A DNA stretch of 64,000 bases, taken from the IMG/VR virus record IMGVR_UViG_3300032116_000025; one strand, given 5' to 3'. Made by a program: the position numbers and the translations under genes. The stretch is from a virus. Below, piece after piece: positions 20,416 to 30,776 of the stretch; position 1 is the stretch's first letter, and each line of letters opens with the position of its first letter. A model generated the notes under the pieces. The model ran no database searches and was not told the DNA's origin. It saw only the letters and a program-made list of their open reading frames with translations.

Positions 20416-21225
20416 GTACGTCTCCTTACGGAAGTACGACTCCCGCAGAAGCTGATAGGAGGTATCACTGCGCCTTTACAAGGTGCCCAGGAACCGCCCA
20501 CAACTGCTCAATCGCCGTAAGCACCGAGTAAACGGTGTCTGATCGTATGATCGCGGACGACGCCTTGCCGCGCTTATCATACCGCCCCTCAATGTGGTTC
20601 TTCCACCTAGAGAACGGGGGAGGGCAGCAGCGGCTAACAAAAGCGGGAGAGGCAGCGCAAGTGCAGGACATACGTCCGCCTTCCGGAGGCGCATGCACCG
20701 CTAAGTACACAGCAACCATGCTCTCCGCAAAGTCGTGCCGCCGCTGAATAGGGAGATCACGAGAGAAGCGACTAAAGCCGCCACACTTTTCCCGAGTTTC
20801 CGGGTTAAGCACGATGGACGACAACACGGACAAGGTGTCAGCAGGGGTAGCTTCCTCCCCCTGAAGCTTAAATAACGAAGATCCAAAGTCCTCGTTGCTG
20901 ATCATGAAGTTACTTTAAGCTCCAGTTTTGGGGTGGTGTGCACGGCCTCACTCTCCGCCTCCAGAACAAGCTTGAGCTGGTTGGGAGATACCTCTGAGAT
21001 GCGAATCTCAAAGTCAAAGTATTTCTGGCGGCTTGCATACTCCACCCAGGCAATCCTGCCTGCGGGTTCGCCAGAGCGAAAGATTACGGTTGTATAGATC
21101 AACTCGTCGTTACCGAACGTTTTTAGCAGATCTTTAAGCCCCCCGACACCATTTGTAGGACTCAGCGTCCACTGGTGCAGGGCGGTAATCTTCTCCATCG
21201 TTTGGGCCGAGACTGGATTACTCAC

Positions 21226-21594
21226 TCATCCTCCGTTTGCGAAATCGTAGTCGTCAACGAGGCTCCAACCCACGGTAGCAAGCGGGTCCGGGGTGACCAT
21301 CACAGAGACGGGATTGCGAGCACTAGTGCGCAAAACGTCATTCACGTCTGCCCTAGTGATCTTCCTCTCTAACTCAAGAAAATAGGTCTGGTTCTCGGGC
21401 CACCCCTTGCCTAGCTCAATCCGCGGGGGTGGTCTTCCACCAATGTCCTGCCAACGGATCCACAAGGAGTACCTAGTGATACCGTTGGCTTGGTCAATGA
21501 TCGTACGAAGCCGCTTGACTTCAGCGGAGTTACCCGCAAGCGCGGCGCTGATTAGGGCATCGTATTGAGGGCGGCTTAGGGTCACGCTGGGCAT
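21226..21594 (-). CDS. hypothetical protein
   Basis: TAAGGAG SD; first gene of a coupled run. Confidence 0.6.
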   Translation of the reverse strand: MPSVTLSRPQYDALISAALAGNSAEVKRLRTIIDQANGITRYSLWIRWQDIGGRPPPRIELGKGWPENQTYFLELERKITRADVNDVLRTSARNPVSVMVTPDPLATVGWSLVDDYDFANGG

Positions 21595-21642
21595 AAGGCT
21601 CCTTAGAAGCCCAAGTTTAGCACCCTAAGCCGCCACCATCGT

Positions 21643-22005
21643 TTACTTCGGCTCGTCGTTAGCCTTTAACGCAATTTTTAGCAGGACTAAGTAGCCCATC
21701 AGATCAAGTATGACGTCCTCTCCCGCGTCGCTACCCCGTGATAGGCGTGACAGCTTGTCGTCAAGGCGAACTAGTAGCTGCTCGACAGTGGACGCCTTGG
21801 AGAAAATACGTACGGGCTCTAGGGCAGAGTTGCCGTAGGCCGCGTTCTTCTGAATAAGCACCTCAGCAATGGCTAGGCATTCCTCTAGGATCTTCGTTCC
21901 AAGAGGAGCGCTCTGCGCTGCTTGGATAACATCGGTGATCTGGTTTCGCACGGGGTTCAGCGACACGCCGCCTCCTCTAGTAACCAATCTTTGAAAGCGA
22001 TCCAA
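21643..22005 (-). CDS. nucleotide-modification-associated domain 1 (Nmad1/DUF1599-like) protein
   Basis: KNAAYGNS...VRLDDKLSRL...EDVILDLMGYLVL; start uncertain. Confidence 0.8.
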   Translation of the reverse strand: MDRFQRLVTRGGGVSLNPVRNQITDVIQAAQSAPLGTKILEECLAIAEVLIQKNAAYGNSALEPVRIFSKASTVEQLLVRLDDKLSRLSRGSDAGEDVILDLMGYLVLLKIALKANDEPK

Positions 22006-22580
22006 CCTCTTGTATCAAAATCTGATCCGAGCTTTCCGTTATTCCAGGCATATTCAGTTGTGATCTCGTTAGCCAGCTGCCTAAGATCGTCCACGCTTAA
22101 GACGTGCTTATGCGATTTAACTAAGTCTTGGATCAACCCGGGCATATAGGTTTGTCGCCCAACGGAGTATCGGATAGAGCAGAAGAAGAGCGTGCGGAGA
22201 TCCGCGTTCCAGACTTCTGTTGCTCCCGGGCTCAGCCTAGGCAGCTTGGCTCGTTTTGGGGCGGGCGCGCTAACTGTCTCGCCGGTGAGAACCCAAACTG
22301 CTGCCCTGTTACCCGAGGGTGTGGTGCGGTAACCGCCGCTGTCCTTCACAAGGCCCGCAAGCACGAGGCCGCGCCGACGCGCCGATGCAGTGGATTGGCG
22401 CAGGTTGAGGGCCGATTCGATCTCCCTATCGGTCAAGCCTGACGAACCCGCGGATTGAAACAGCTCTAAGATCCTCTTGTTGTCAGATACCGCCTTTGTA
22501 GCCTCGTTCTTCGCGGCATCTTCGCTGGTACCAGAGCCAACTACGTAGGGCAGAGTTACTTGTTCCACCTTATTTACCAC
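21957..22580 (-). CDS. winged-HTH domain protein
   Basis: GLTDREIESALNLRQSTASARRRGLV..GLVKDSG..R.T.SG..A.VW; second domain RYSVGRQTYMP. Confidence 0.7.
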   Translation of the reverse strand: MVNKVEQVTLPYVVGSGTSEDAAKNEATKAVSDNKRILELFQSAGSSGLTDREIESALNLRQSTASARRRGLVLAGLVKDSGGYRTTPSGNRAAVWVLTGETVSAPAPKRAKLPRLSPGATEVWNADLRTLFFCSIRYSVGRQTYMPGLIQDLVKSHKHVLSVDDLRQLANEITTEYAWNNGKLGSDFDTRGWIAFKDWLLEEAACR

Positions 22581-22763
22581 CTGTCTGAAAGGCGCAGAAC
22601 ACCAGCCCTTTGCCGTCAGGGGACAGCATCATAGCTACCTCCTGATTTTCAGGCAGCTTCCACGCCTTCTTGAGAGTCGCCATGTAGCGGACGACCTCGT
22701 CATGTCCGTGCTCGCCAAGGAGAGCCTTGGGGCTCAGGTGGTAGACCTCTTCCTCTTTCATGT

Positions 22764-23339
22764 TCATTTCTCTCCTCTGATTGCCTTTAACGCGGCGTAG
22801 TACACAAGACGCGCATCCTCAGCGTCTTTGAGCGCGCTGTGACTGCCCTCCGTAGGCATCGCGAGGTGCTTACGGAGTTTGTCGAGGGACAGACCGGGTC
22901 CCGTCCCAGTCGCGTTCCACGCGGCGTAAGCCATCGTTACCGTATCCAGCCTGTGATACGGGATACGGACTTTTCGCCCGATGCGGGTGAACGCCGCCTC
23001 GATGAACCCAACGTCGAACCCAACGTTGTGCCCACAGATAATGCTGCCGGAGGCCAGCAGCTTCGCCAGCTCGTCAGCGATTTCGTTGAATGGCCGAGCG
23101 TCCTTCCACTTCTCCGGCGTGTAGCCGTTGACCTCAAGGGCCCTGGCATCAGCCGCCTCGATGCGCTCAGGGGCAATCTTAGCAGACCACCCGCCTACGA
23201 TACTGCCGCTGCCGTCTGCATGCACTGTCTCGGTTACGACGGCGACTTCAATGACTTCGTGCTCAGACGGGTTGAGGCCAGTCGTCTCCGTGTCAACCCA
23301 TAGCCTGCGCGGATTTACAATCTTGTGCGGTTCATTCAT
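22764..23339 (-). CDS. DEDDh 3'-5' exonuclease (DnaQ-like)
   Basis: VDTETTGL, GHNVGFD, HSALKDA. Confidence 0.9.
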   Translation of the reverse strand: MNEPHKIVNPRRLWVDTETTGLNPSEHEVIEVAVVTETVHADGSGSIVGGWSAKIAPERIEAADARALEVNGYTPEKWKDARPFNEIADELAKLLASGSIICGHNVGFDVGFIEAAFTRIGRKVRIPYHRLDTVTMAYAAWNATGTGPGLSLDKLRKHLAMPTEGSHSALKDAEDARLVYYAALKAIRGEK

Positions 23340-23686
23340 GGCTTTGCCTGTAGTTTGCTGAGACGCTCGATCGCTTCTTCTGCCTGCTGCACCTTATTGC
23401 TGCGGATGTCCTCGCGGGTCTGCGCGGGCTCCGGCCATACAACGAGGTCGTGCGGGTACGGGCTGTCGGTGCCGTGTGTTTTCCGCTGATTGAGCCGTGC
23501 ATCCTCAGTCAGGCGCATCGCTAGGTACGCCTCCATTTGAGACCTGTACGGCCCGGACCGCGCGAGCCCCGCGCCTGAGGCGTACCAATGAACATCTGCG
23601 GGCCTCATTTCGGATCGTTCCCTTTCCCGAGCAATATGTCCCAGATCGCTCCAAACATCGCCGCCACGAACACGAAGGGCATCCAC
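23336..23686 (-). CDS. small protein with WY..GP.S..EAY...WPE motif
   Basis: paralogous to 41212..41400. Confidence 0.5.
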   Translation of the reverse strand: MDALRVRGGDVWSDLGHIARERERSEMRPADVHWYASGAGLARSGPYRSQMEAYLAMRLTEDARLNQRKTHGTDSPYPHDLVVWPEPAQTREDIRSNKVQQAEEAIERLSKLQAKP

Positions 23687-23747
23687 AGCACCTCGGGCGC
23701 AGTGACCAAGAGCGCAAGGATGACCAAACCCAGCGTGGAAAAGGTGA

Positions 23748-24023
23748 TCACTTCACCACCTCTTTTAATGTGTCGTTAACCAAGTCTCGGATTGCGTCTA
23801 CTTTGTCCCTCTTGGCAGGATCAGTCGGACTCACGCCCACCCACGGGCGACACTCTACGAGGCGCCGACGAAGCTGACGGCGTTCACTGCGCAGTACAGC
23901 AGACTCGTTGCGAGACTCATTGAGTGCTACTTCCAGGCGTGCTACATGCATTTGGAGGCTAGTCACCTCTTCGGAGTAAAGCGCTACCCGATCTTTTAGC
24001 TGCCTGATCTCAACTTTGCTCAT
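23748..24023 (-). CDS. coiled-coil mosaic protein
   Basis: shares the RRR..EC.PWVG...DL..DTL.EV module with 24140..24703. Confidence 0.55.
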   Translation of the reverse strand: MSKVEIRQLKDRVALYSEEVTSLQMHVARLEVALNESRNESAVLRSERRQLRRRLVECRPWVGVSPTDPAKRDKVDAIRDLVNDTLKEVVK

Positions 24024-24139
24024 CGCTCGTGCTCTCCGCCTTCAAACGTAGTGATGCGCGTCCTGCCGCACCTCCACGCAGCCTGCGCGGCTGCACGTCG
24101 GCCCGCACGAGTGAATGTCATCGGCGTGTTGTTCAGTCG

Positions 24140-24703
24140 TCATTCCGGCACCTCGTCAAGCGTGTCTTTCGCAAGGTCGCGGCACGCGATCATCTCGTTG
24201 AACCCCGGCGTATTGGGGTAGGGCGTGCAACCCACCCATGGGAGACACTCCGCGATGCGACGCCGGAACATCCGGCGTTCGTAGCGCAGCTTGTCCACTT
24301 CGCTGCGAAGCGCGTTGCGCTGGTCTTCGACCTCTTTGACCTTCGCGCGCCATGCGTCCGCGACGGTGCGGTCATACCCGGCACGGATGCGCGCGTGCAT
24401 CTGGTACTCTGACTCTTCCTGCGCGGCGCGAAGGCTGCGGATCACGCCAGCCGCTCGTTCAGCGGCGGCATCCACGTCAGTGGGCCCATCTGCGCCAACT
24501 TCTGCGATCAGAGTCTGAGCCGCTTGCCTAGCCTTCTCCTTTGTCTCTCTGAAGGAAGCCCTCGCCTCGTCGAACGCCGCCAGAAGGTCCTCGGCCATCG
24601 CCAGCGAGAGGCGCGTCGCGGGCTGCGTCACATTGAACTCCGCAAGCCGCGCCCGCATCAGCCTGATTGTTTCGCGGATCTCTGCTTCACGTTCAGCGTT
24701 CAT
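24140..24703 (-). CDS. coiled-coil mosaic protein
   Basis: GAGGAG SD; modules shared with the 23748 and 27062 ORFs. Confidence 0.6.
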   Translation of the reverse strand: MNAEREAEIRETIRLMRARLAEFNVTQPATRLSLAMAEDLLAAFDEARASFRETKEKARQAAQTLIAEVGADGPTDVDAAAERAAGVIRSLRAAQEESEYQMHARIRAGYDRTVADAWRAKVKEVEDQRNALRSEVDKLRYERRMFRRRIAECLPWVGCTPYPNTPGFNEMIACRDLAKDTLDEVPE

Positions 24704-25123
24704 TGCTCCTCCTCTGTGTCGTGCAGCGACGCGATCCCGTCGTCCACGCGCACCTCCAGCGGAGCGCCGCACGCACAGGTGCCCGTGTCGCCTTCCTGCC
24801 ACCACGGATGGTGACCGGGATGCTGCGGCGGGTACGGCGGCATCTCGTGGCACCAGTCCCCGCATCGAGGGCACGGCAGCCACAGCCACCAGCCGTCGTC
24901 AGTCTGCGGTGCCGTCATCACGCCTTCTTCGGGGCGACCTCGAACACGTCGAAGTCGTCTCCTCCAAGGTTCCACTCATCAATGACGCGCAGGATGCCGC
25001 CGCTGTCCTCGATCAGCTCCCGCACCTGCTCTGCGTTCGGCTCCTTGGGCATATCGCCGTCAGGCCACAGCGCTCTCGCATTGAGCGTCACGTCAACCTT
25101 ATAGACGATCTGAAATTTCTTGT

Positions 25124-25600
25124 TCATTCATCACCTTCCCTCAAAATCGACGGTTTCCACCCCGCTTCGCGACAGAACCGCAGCAAGTGCTCGGCGCTCT
25201 CTGGATCGATCTTGCGAAGACGCCCCGCGATCATCGCGATGTTGCGGATTGATTTCATCGCGCGGTCATGTTCTTGCTCGGCTTCGCCTGCTACCCGATC
25301 CTCATCACCCTGATCAATACGGCCGAGAAGCCGCAGGGCCTCAGGCATTGTGCTCATGATCGAAAGCAAGCCCAAACTCACGCGGTATCCGCGCTTCTCT
25401 TCAACACCTCGGCGCACATCCTCGACTGCGGACGACAGCAAAGAACCCAACGCTCCGAGCCGCTTCCACGTGACCTCATTCTGGCATGCCTTGCGCGTCT
25501 CAGGTGACTTCTTTCCCGCGCATAGCTGGGGGCGCACCCCGTCGTCGGCCATGCCGCACTTCACGCAGACGCCCTCTACGTATTTATGCAGAACGATCAT
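25124..25600 (-). CDS. hypothetical protein
   Basis: coupled ORF, N-terminal CVKC. Confidence 0.5.
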   Translation of the reverse strand: MIVLHKYVEGVCVKCGMADDGVRPQLCAGKKSPETRKACQNEVTWKRLGALGSLLSSAVEDVRRGVEEKRGYRVSLGLLSIMSTMPEALRLLGRIDQGDEDRVAGEAEQEHDRAMKSIRNIAMIAGRLRKIDPESAEHLLRFCREAGWKPSILREGDE

Positions 25601-26126
25601 TTGCTTCTCCCGGGCGCGGGAGGGCTTCCAGCGCAGAAGCGATCTCCTGGTACGCGTGTTCAGTCATGCCGTCTGCAACGACGTGCAGACGACTGCGCGC
25701 CACCTCGCACATCTGCTGCGCTTCGCCAGCCCTTGAAACCCAGTCATCCAGTTCTACCAGTAACGCGTCTACGCGCTGAGCAAGAGAGTCGAAGACCACG
25801 GCCCTACCGACCATCACCTCGATCACCTCGCGCAGTCTCACGTCTTCTGGTTTTGCCAGTTCCTCCGCTAGGCTCTCGATGCGCTGTGCCATGGCGTCCA
25901 CCTGTCGCGACAGGGAAGCGTTCTCCGAGCTAAGCAAGTCGCTGTTCGACCGGAGGACCGCATTCTCTCGAAAAAGCTCTTTGACCGCCGCGCGCTGCTC
26001 TCTCCATGCCTGCGTAATGACAGTGAAGGCATCCTGATCGCGCGAACACTCTGGACAGAGAATCGGTCCAGCGCCGCTCCATCCCACGAGCCTCACGCCG
26101 TGACAGTAAGTGCACGTGTCGGTCAT
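25584..26126 (-). CDS. Zn-finger/coiled-coil protein
   Basis: CTYCHG...CPEC followed by coiled coil. Confidence 0.55.
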   Translation of the reverse strand: MTDTCTYCHGVRLVGWSGAGPILCPECSRDQDAFTVITQAWREQRAAVKELFRENAVLRSNSDLLSSENASLSRQVDAMAQRIESLAEELAKPEDVRLREVIEVMVGRAVVFDSLAQRVDALLVELDDWVSRAGEAQQMCEVARSRLHVVADGMTEHAYQEIASALEALPRPGEANDRSA

Positions 26127-26615
26127 TTGCTTCTACCCTCCTTCAGCCAGTCCTCAACTGCCCGCATCGCGGACACGATTCGATGAGACCCGGCCTGACC
26201 AGCCACAGCATACAAAGCTTGAACGGACAGCGCGTCAGCCGCGTTGACGCCGCTTGCTCGCAAAGCATCGCCCAGCCGAGAGTCGAGTTCTCGACGCCTT
26301 TGATGCTCGCGAAGGGCCCGCTCACCGATTGACTGATCCTCGTGCCATTGAGAGTTGCTCATCGCTCAATCACCTTCACCGAACGGTTGGAGTAGAAGTT
26401 GATCGAGTAATCGACACCGACGACCACATCGAAGAGCGCGCCGTCGGCGTCTCGGACTCGCACGTCGATGCTGTCGGGCATCGGATCGCCAGCCCAGCGG
26501 CCCTTCTCTTCCCATCGCTCGCACGCATCCTGCGCCGCGTCCTCCGCGTCCATCGCCTCGATCTCGATGGCGTTGTCCTCGTCCTCGTAGTCAGGAACCC
26601 AGCATAGGTGCTTCA

Positions 26616-27065
26616 TCACTCGTGCTCCCCTCGGTGGATTGCGTCGCAGATCGAAACCAGTTCATCGAGCGTCTGCATGGATGCGTTTGTCTTGTGGACC
26701 ACGCGATTTCGCATCCACGCCACGATCTTCATACGCTCGTTGAACGCCTCGTTGTGTACCGCCTGCTCCGCGTCGGCCTCGGCGTGCGCGAGGCGCGTCT
26801 TGAGTTCGTCGCGCTCTGTGCGAAGGTCCTCCAGTTCCCATATATGTCGCTCTGAGGAGCAATCTAGAGACGTGGATAGATTTGCTACGGTTCCACGCAG
26901 TTCGATTCGCTCTGCCTCAAGGGCCATCTTCTCCGACAGAATCCGCATCGCCGTCCGGTACACGGCGTTGAGCGCCTCGCGGTACTCGTAGACCGACACG
27001 CGGTCTGCGTCGTCGTTGGCACGGTCGAGGACCGCCTTGATGTCGTCTAGGTTGAGTTGGATCAC
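26616..27065 (-). CDS. coiled-coil hypothetical protein
   Basis: ATGA-coupled; ERDEL motif. Confidence 0.55.
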   Translation of the reverse strand: MIQLNLDDIKAVLDRANDDADRVSVYEYREALNAVYRTAMRILSEKMALEAERIELRGTVANLSTSLDCSSERHIWELEDLRTERDELKTRLAHAEADAEQAVHNEAFNERMKIVAWMRNRVVHKTNASMQTLDELVSICDAIHRGEHE

Positions 27066-27814
27066 GGCTCATGCTTCCTTGCGAAGTCGCACACTTCCAA
27101 TCCGGTTAGCGATCTCACGTTGATGTTTGCGCGGTCCTGGTCAACCGCCCACACGACTTCCTTGTGTGCCGCATCAAGCGCCCACTTCGCGCCGCGTTCC
27201 TCGGCGCACCGGAGGCACACGCCGCAGGGGCCGCTCTCGGGCTCGCCAGCCTTTGCTTCGCGGCATCCGACGCCTCGGAGCATCTCGACCTCGGCGTGGA
27301 GGCGCGCAATGCTGCAAGCGGTCGCCACGACCTCATCGACGCGTGCCACCTGACCGATGCGCCCGGTGTCGTCTGTGCTGACGAGGCCGAGAGCATCGGC
27401 CACGCGCACGAAGTCTCGCCGTGACTCTCGGATCTCGGCGGCGGCTCGCTCGGCAACCGAGTCCACGTCGGCGGGGCCGTCCGCGCCGATTTCCGCGACG
27501 AGCACCTGGCAAGCTCGACGGGCGCGATGCCGTGCCTCGTCGCGCTCCTTCACAAGCTGCTCGTAGTGTGACCGCAGCATCACTACATTGGTGTCTGTGA
27601 TGAACGTGTAGGTATGCCTGATCTCGTCCGCCATCTTCGTATCCTCAGTTTTTAGAGGGCACCAGTAAGGAGCGCTGACGACGCTATCTGCGCCGACCCT
27701 AAGTTCTAGTAGTGACTCTTCTGGCGCGTTGTTGTGGTCACACCGCGCCGACATCTCTCTGTGCTGCAATGACCAAGTAGAGTCGCGGTAGTAGCAAGCT
27801 CCGCAGTTTTTCAT
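27062..27814 (-). CDS. mosaic ERDEAR-repeat protein
   Basis: ERDEAR, ADGP.DVD..AERAA and RGAKWAL modules. Confidence 0.6.
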   Translation of the reverse strand: MKNCGACYYRDSTWSLQHREMSARCDHNNAPEESLLELRVGADSVVSAPYWCPLKTEDTKMADEIRHTYTFITDTNVVMLRSHYEQLVKERDEARHRARRACQVLVAEIGADGPADVDSVAERAAAEIRESRRDFVRVADALGLVSTDDTGRIGQVARVDEVVATACSIARLHAEVEMLRGVGCREAKAGEPESGPCGVCLRCAEERGAKWALDAAHKEVVWAVDQDRANINVRSLTGLEVCDFARKHEP

Positions 27815-28899
27815 CGCTTCTCCCTTGCGTATCGACAGATTTCTTGGGCGTACTGATCTAGTGTCTTGCTATCGAACGGGTTGTCGTGACGCTCCAAGGC
27901 CCACTTCGCGCCCCGCACCTCAGCAGCCTCAATGCTTGGGCGCGCCTTGTTTGCGAGGTTCTCTTGTAGCTGCGCCAGCAGCGTCTCGCGCTCAACTCCT
28001 GGCTGGACGTAGAGGCGCGGGTAGCTCCATTCCTGGATGATGTCGCGCAGCCGCTCAACCTCGGCCCGCGCCTCGTCGCGCTCCTCAAGGGTGCGCAGCA
28101 CATCGGCCAGCCCGCAGACGTGCTCCTGACCGCGGGCGTGGCGCTGCTTCATGACCGCTACCCAGCGGGCTTCGTCCTCTCGGTGGGGATCCCAGTTTAT
28201 GGCTGCGCCCGCGCGAGTCAGTCGCGCCAACTCAGCCCATGCCTCGTTGCGTTGGCGGATCAGCGCATCCACCGGAGTCTCGTCTTGCCGCCACCGGAAG
28301 TCGAAGTCGGTACCTTCAACGCGCGTGACCACCGCCGTGCGGGCTTTATTAGTCTCCGTGCGCGATGTGTCGCGCTCAGCTACCAGAGCTGCCCAGACAG
28401 CGTGCGCGTCAGAGACGCTCTGTGAAACGCCGACGGCTTCGGTGTGATGTCCGCCGTCGCCGTGAATGACTGCCAGTAGCTCACCTAGCCAGTGCCGTGC
28501 CTCGTCGCGTTCGCCCCGCGCGGTTTCCATGCGTGTTAGGTCGGCAGTCGCAAACTCGGTCATCATCTGCAATCCGTTAAGCGCGCGGTCCTGCGCTTGT
28601 CCTTGCTCAGTCGCAAGAATCAGCTTGGTGTGCAGGTCGGTATTCTCTTTGGACAGCTTTTTGCTCCATTCCAGCATCTCTACGATGCTCATGTAGCGGA
28701 CTGGAAAGCCGTAGTACGACTTCTCGTATTCCGTACCCGTCTTTAGGCACTTATGCCGGACGGTATCTTCTTCCTGGGAGATGTATGTGATCTCCCCGAC
28801 GTACGAGCTGCCGTCTGCGGGGACGACCAGGTCTCCCACCTTGTACTTCATCTCCAGCCCCCGCTTTTCAGTCATCTTCCCCTCCGTCTTGTTGCTCAT
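27811..28899 (-). CDS. mosaic ERDEAR-repeat coiled-coil protein with N-terminal KOW/SH3-like domain
   Basis: KYKVGDLV; two ERDEAR motifs; RGAKWAL. Confidence 0.6.
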   Translation of the reverse strand: MSNKTEGKMTEKRGLEMKYKVGDLVVPADGSSYVGEITYISQEEDTVRHKCLKTGTEYEKSYYGFPVRYMSIVEMLEWSKKLSKENTDLHTKLILATEQGQAQDRALNGLQMMTEFATADLTRMETARGERDEARHWLGELLAVIHGDGGHHTEAVGVSQSVSDAHAVWAALVAERDTSRTETNKARTAVVTRVEGTDFDFRWRQDETPVDALIRQRNEAWAELARLTRAGAAINWDPHREDEARWVAVMKQRHARGQEHVCGLADVLRTLEERDEARAEVERLRDIIQEWSYPRLYVQPGVERETLLAQLQENLANKARPSIEAAEVRGAKWALERHDNPFDSKTLDQYAQEICRYAREKR

Positions 28900-29054
28900 G
28901 CTCCCACTCCTTCTTTGCGCATTTGGCGCAAAAAACAGCAGGCGGGAGCCAGTCATAGACTCGCACCCGCCTGCCGCAAACTGCACATTTGTACGTGCCG
29001 ATAAACTGCTTGGCTGTTTGTTTGCCCAGCGATCCCCCTAGTGATCTAGCAAAG

Positions 29055-29125
29055 CTCGGGGCCGTGGATTCGAACCACGATTCACGGATTCAAAGTCCGC
29101 TGTCCTGCCCTTAGACGAGCCCCGA
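29055..29125 (-). tRNA. trnQ: tRNA-Gln(UUG)
   Basis: TCGGGGC/GCCCCGA acceptor, GCGGA-CTTTGAA-TCCGT anticodon arm, GGTTCGAATCC. Confidence 0.92.
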
Positions 29126-29129
29126 TTAA

Positions 29130-29561
29130 TCACTTAGCTCCGTCTACGCGGAGTTCACTCCACCATGGCAGGGACTTCTCAAACCTCCTGGCCATCGCTT
29201 CGATCTTCTCCCGCGTAACTCCGTGGGTGTTTCTTGCTGCCGCCACCTCAACAGAAACGTCCACGCGGACAAATGACACTCGATAGCCGCGAGCTTCGGC
29301 AACCGCGACGTAGGGCGATGCCTCCCACAGAGACACGTTCGTGTTGTCCACAACCACGGTCGGCGTACGGTTCATTGTGGCGACCAAGAACTGCCTCATG
29401 CAGTGCTGGTGCGCTTCGTTAATCCGTGAGGCGTCGTACTTGTAAACCCCGTTGTTCACGAACAGGTTGTCCGCCGAACATACGGTGGCGTCGGGGTAGT
29501 TCTTCTTAGCGTAAGTGGACTTTCCGCTGCCCGGAAGCCCTCTCATGATTACGCAGATCAA
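29130..29561 (-). CDS. P-loop kinase (AAA_33 / N4BP2-like)
   Basis: MRGLPGSGKST, CSAD, VVVDNTN, RNTHGV. Confidence 0.85.
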   Translation of the reverse strand: MICVIMRGLPGSGKSTYAKKNYPDATVCSADNLFVNNGVYKYDASRINEAHQHCMRQFLVATMNRTPTVVVDNTNVSLWEASPYVAVAEARGYRVSFVRVDVSVEVAAARNTHGVTREKIEAMARRFEKSLPWWSELRVDGAK

Positions 29562-29563
29562 GG

Positions 29564-29923
29564 TTACTCTCCCTTCACAACAGCGTATCCGCGCTCACAC
29601 GCCTTAAAGTATGACCCCAGCCGAAGCGGCTTAGCCGACTTGGTAACGTAGTAGTGCTCGGACATGCAGTCCAAACAGTAGATCGGACCACGCAAAAGCT
29701 TTGTCCCATCGTCGTCCTTGTCAGACACCGGAACTGGCGAATCTGTGATGGTGCGGGAGATCCACTCCCAGCCCTCGTTTGAGTTATTCCAGCTTTCGGT
29801 AGCGTCCACCTGCCCGACCTTCAAGCCTCCGATCTTGATTGACCCGCCTCGGTCAGCAAGAGGGATGAGCTTCACGATTGGGGTTACTCCGTACAGGGTT
29901 CCGCCACAGTTCAGACACTTCAT
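29564..29923 (-). CDS. Zn-ribbon protein
   Basis: MKCLNCGG...YCLDC; GGAGGT SD. Confidence 0.55.
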   Translation of the reverse strand: MKCLNCGGTLYGVTPIVKLIPLADRGGSIKIGGLKVGQVDATESWNNSNEGWEWISRTITDSPVPVSDKDDDGTKLLRGPIYCLDCMSEHYYVTKSAKPLRLGSYFKACERGYAVVKGE

Positions 29924-29981
29924 AAATACCTCCAAATCCTTATACGACGATCTTTGGCGCCTATCAGTGTGTGGAGGCAAT

Positions 29982-30743
29982 ATGCTGATCCACACACCAG
30001 ATTCTAATTACGTAACCAACTACTCGTCCCAGATCATCAAGGGTGCAGACGACCCTCAGTACGGCATGCCGCTCGTGGTCATGGACTCTCGGTTTCTGAC
30101 GCCCCATGACGAAGAGCTGATGCTGGCGCTCTCACAGTACAGCCCGCGAACTCGGTTCAAGCCGGGCGATCTAGCCATGCTAGACGGGGCGGTTCCAAAG
30201 AAGCTCGTGGTAACGCAAGAGAAGATCCCCAGAGTATGGGAGGTTCGCTTTGTGGTATCGCGGTGGGCAATGGAGGCCATGCTCACTATTCACTCAAAGC
30301 TAGACGTGCATGGCATCGACCACCTGTTCGAGATCATCAGGTCTCACGGTGGCCTCCCACAGCACACGTACAACAGCCCGGTCATTTACGCCCATGGATA
30401 CCCTCACGGTATCTATCCCAACACAGCAGCTTGGCTGTCGGACTGGAACCTGAAGAAGCTGGCAATCCGCGATCCTATCGTGGGGTGGCACGAGATTGTG
30501 GAAGAGGCCGGAGCGCCGTTTCTCGGCTACGACACCTCAGGGCTTGTAGCGCCCTTTCAGTTCGAGGTTGCTCCCGACAAGTACAGCGTTGGCAACAACC
30601 TAAAGCACCCGTTTATGCACGAAGAACCTGGGGTTCATACCCTGTGCACAATGGGATTTGAAGAGCAGCTGTTCGACCCGATCGTTGTCGGGTCAAATCG
30701 ACGACTGAAGCCAATCGCCAAAGACCACGACATCTTCCGGTGA
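29982..30743 (+). CDS. hypothetical protein in a stand-alone plus-strand cassette
   Basis: CCTATCAG at 29960, GGAGG SD, terminator at 30748. Confidence 0.65.
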   Translation: MLIHTPDSNYVTNYSSQIIKGADDPQYGMPLVVMDSRFLTPHDEELMLALSQYSPRTRFKPGDLAMLDGAVPKKLVVTQEKIPRVWEVRFVVSRWAMEAMLTIHSKLDVHGIDHLFEIIRSHGGLPQHTYNSPVIYAHGYPHGIYPNTAAWLSDWNLKKLAIRDPIVGWHEIVEEAGAPFLGYDTSGLVAPFQFEVAPDKYSVGNNLKHPFMHEEPGVHTLCTMGFEEQLFDPIVVGSNRRLKPIAKDHDIFR

Positions 30744-30747
30744 TCTG

Positions 30748-30776
30748 AATGGGGGCAAACGCCCCCATTCTTTTTG
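30748..30776 (+). terminator. intrinsic terminator
   Basis: GAATGGGGGC-AAAC-GCCCCCATTC followed by TTTTT. Confidence 0.8.
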
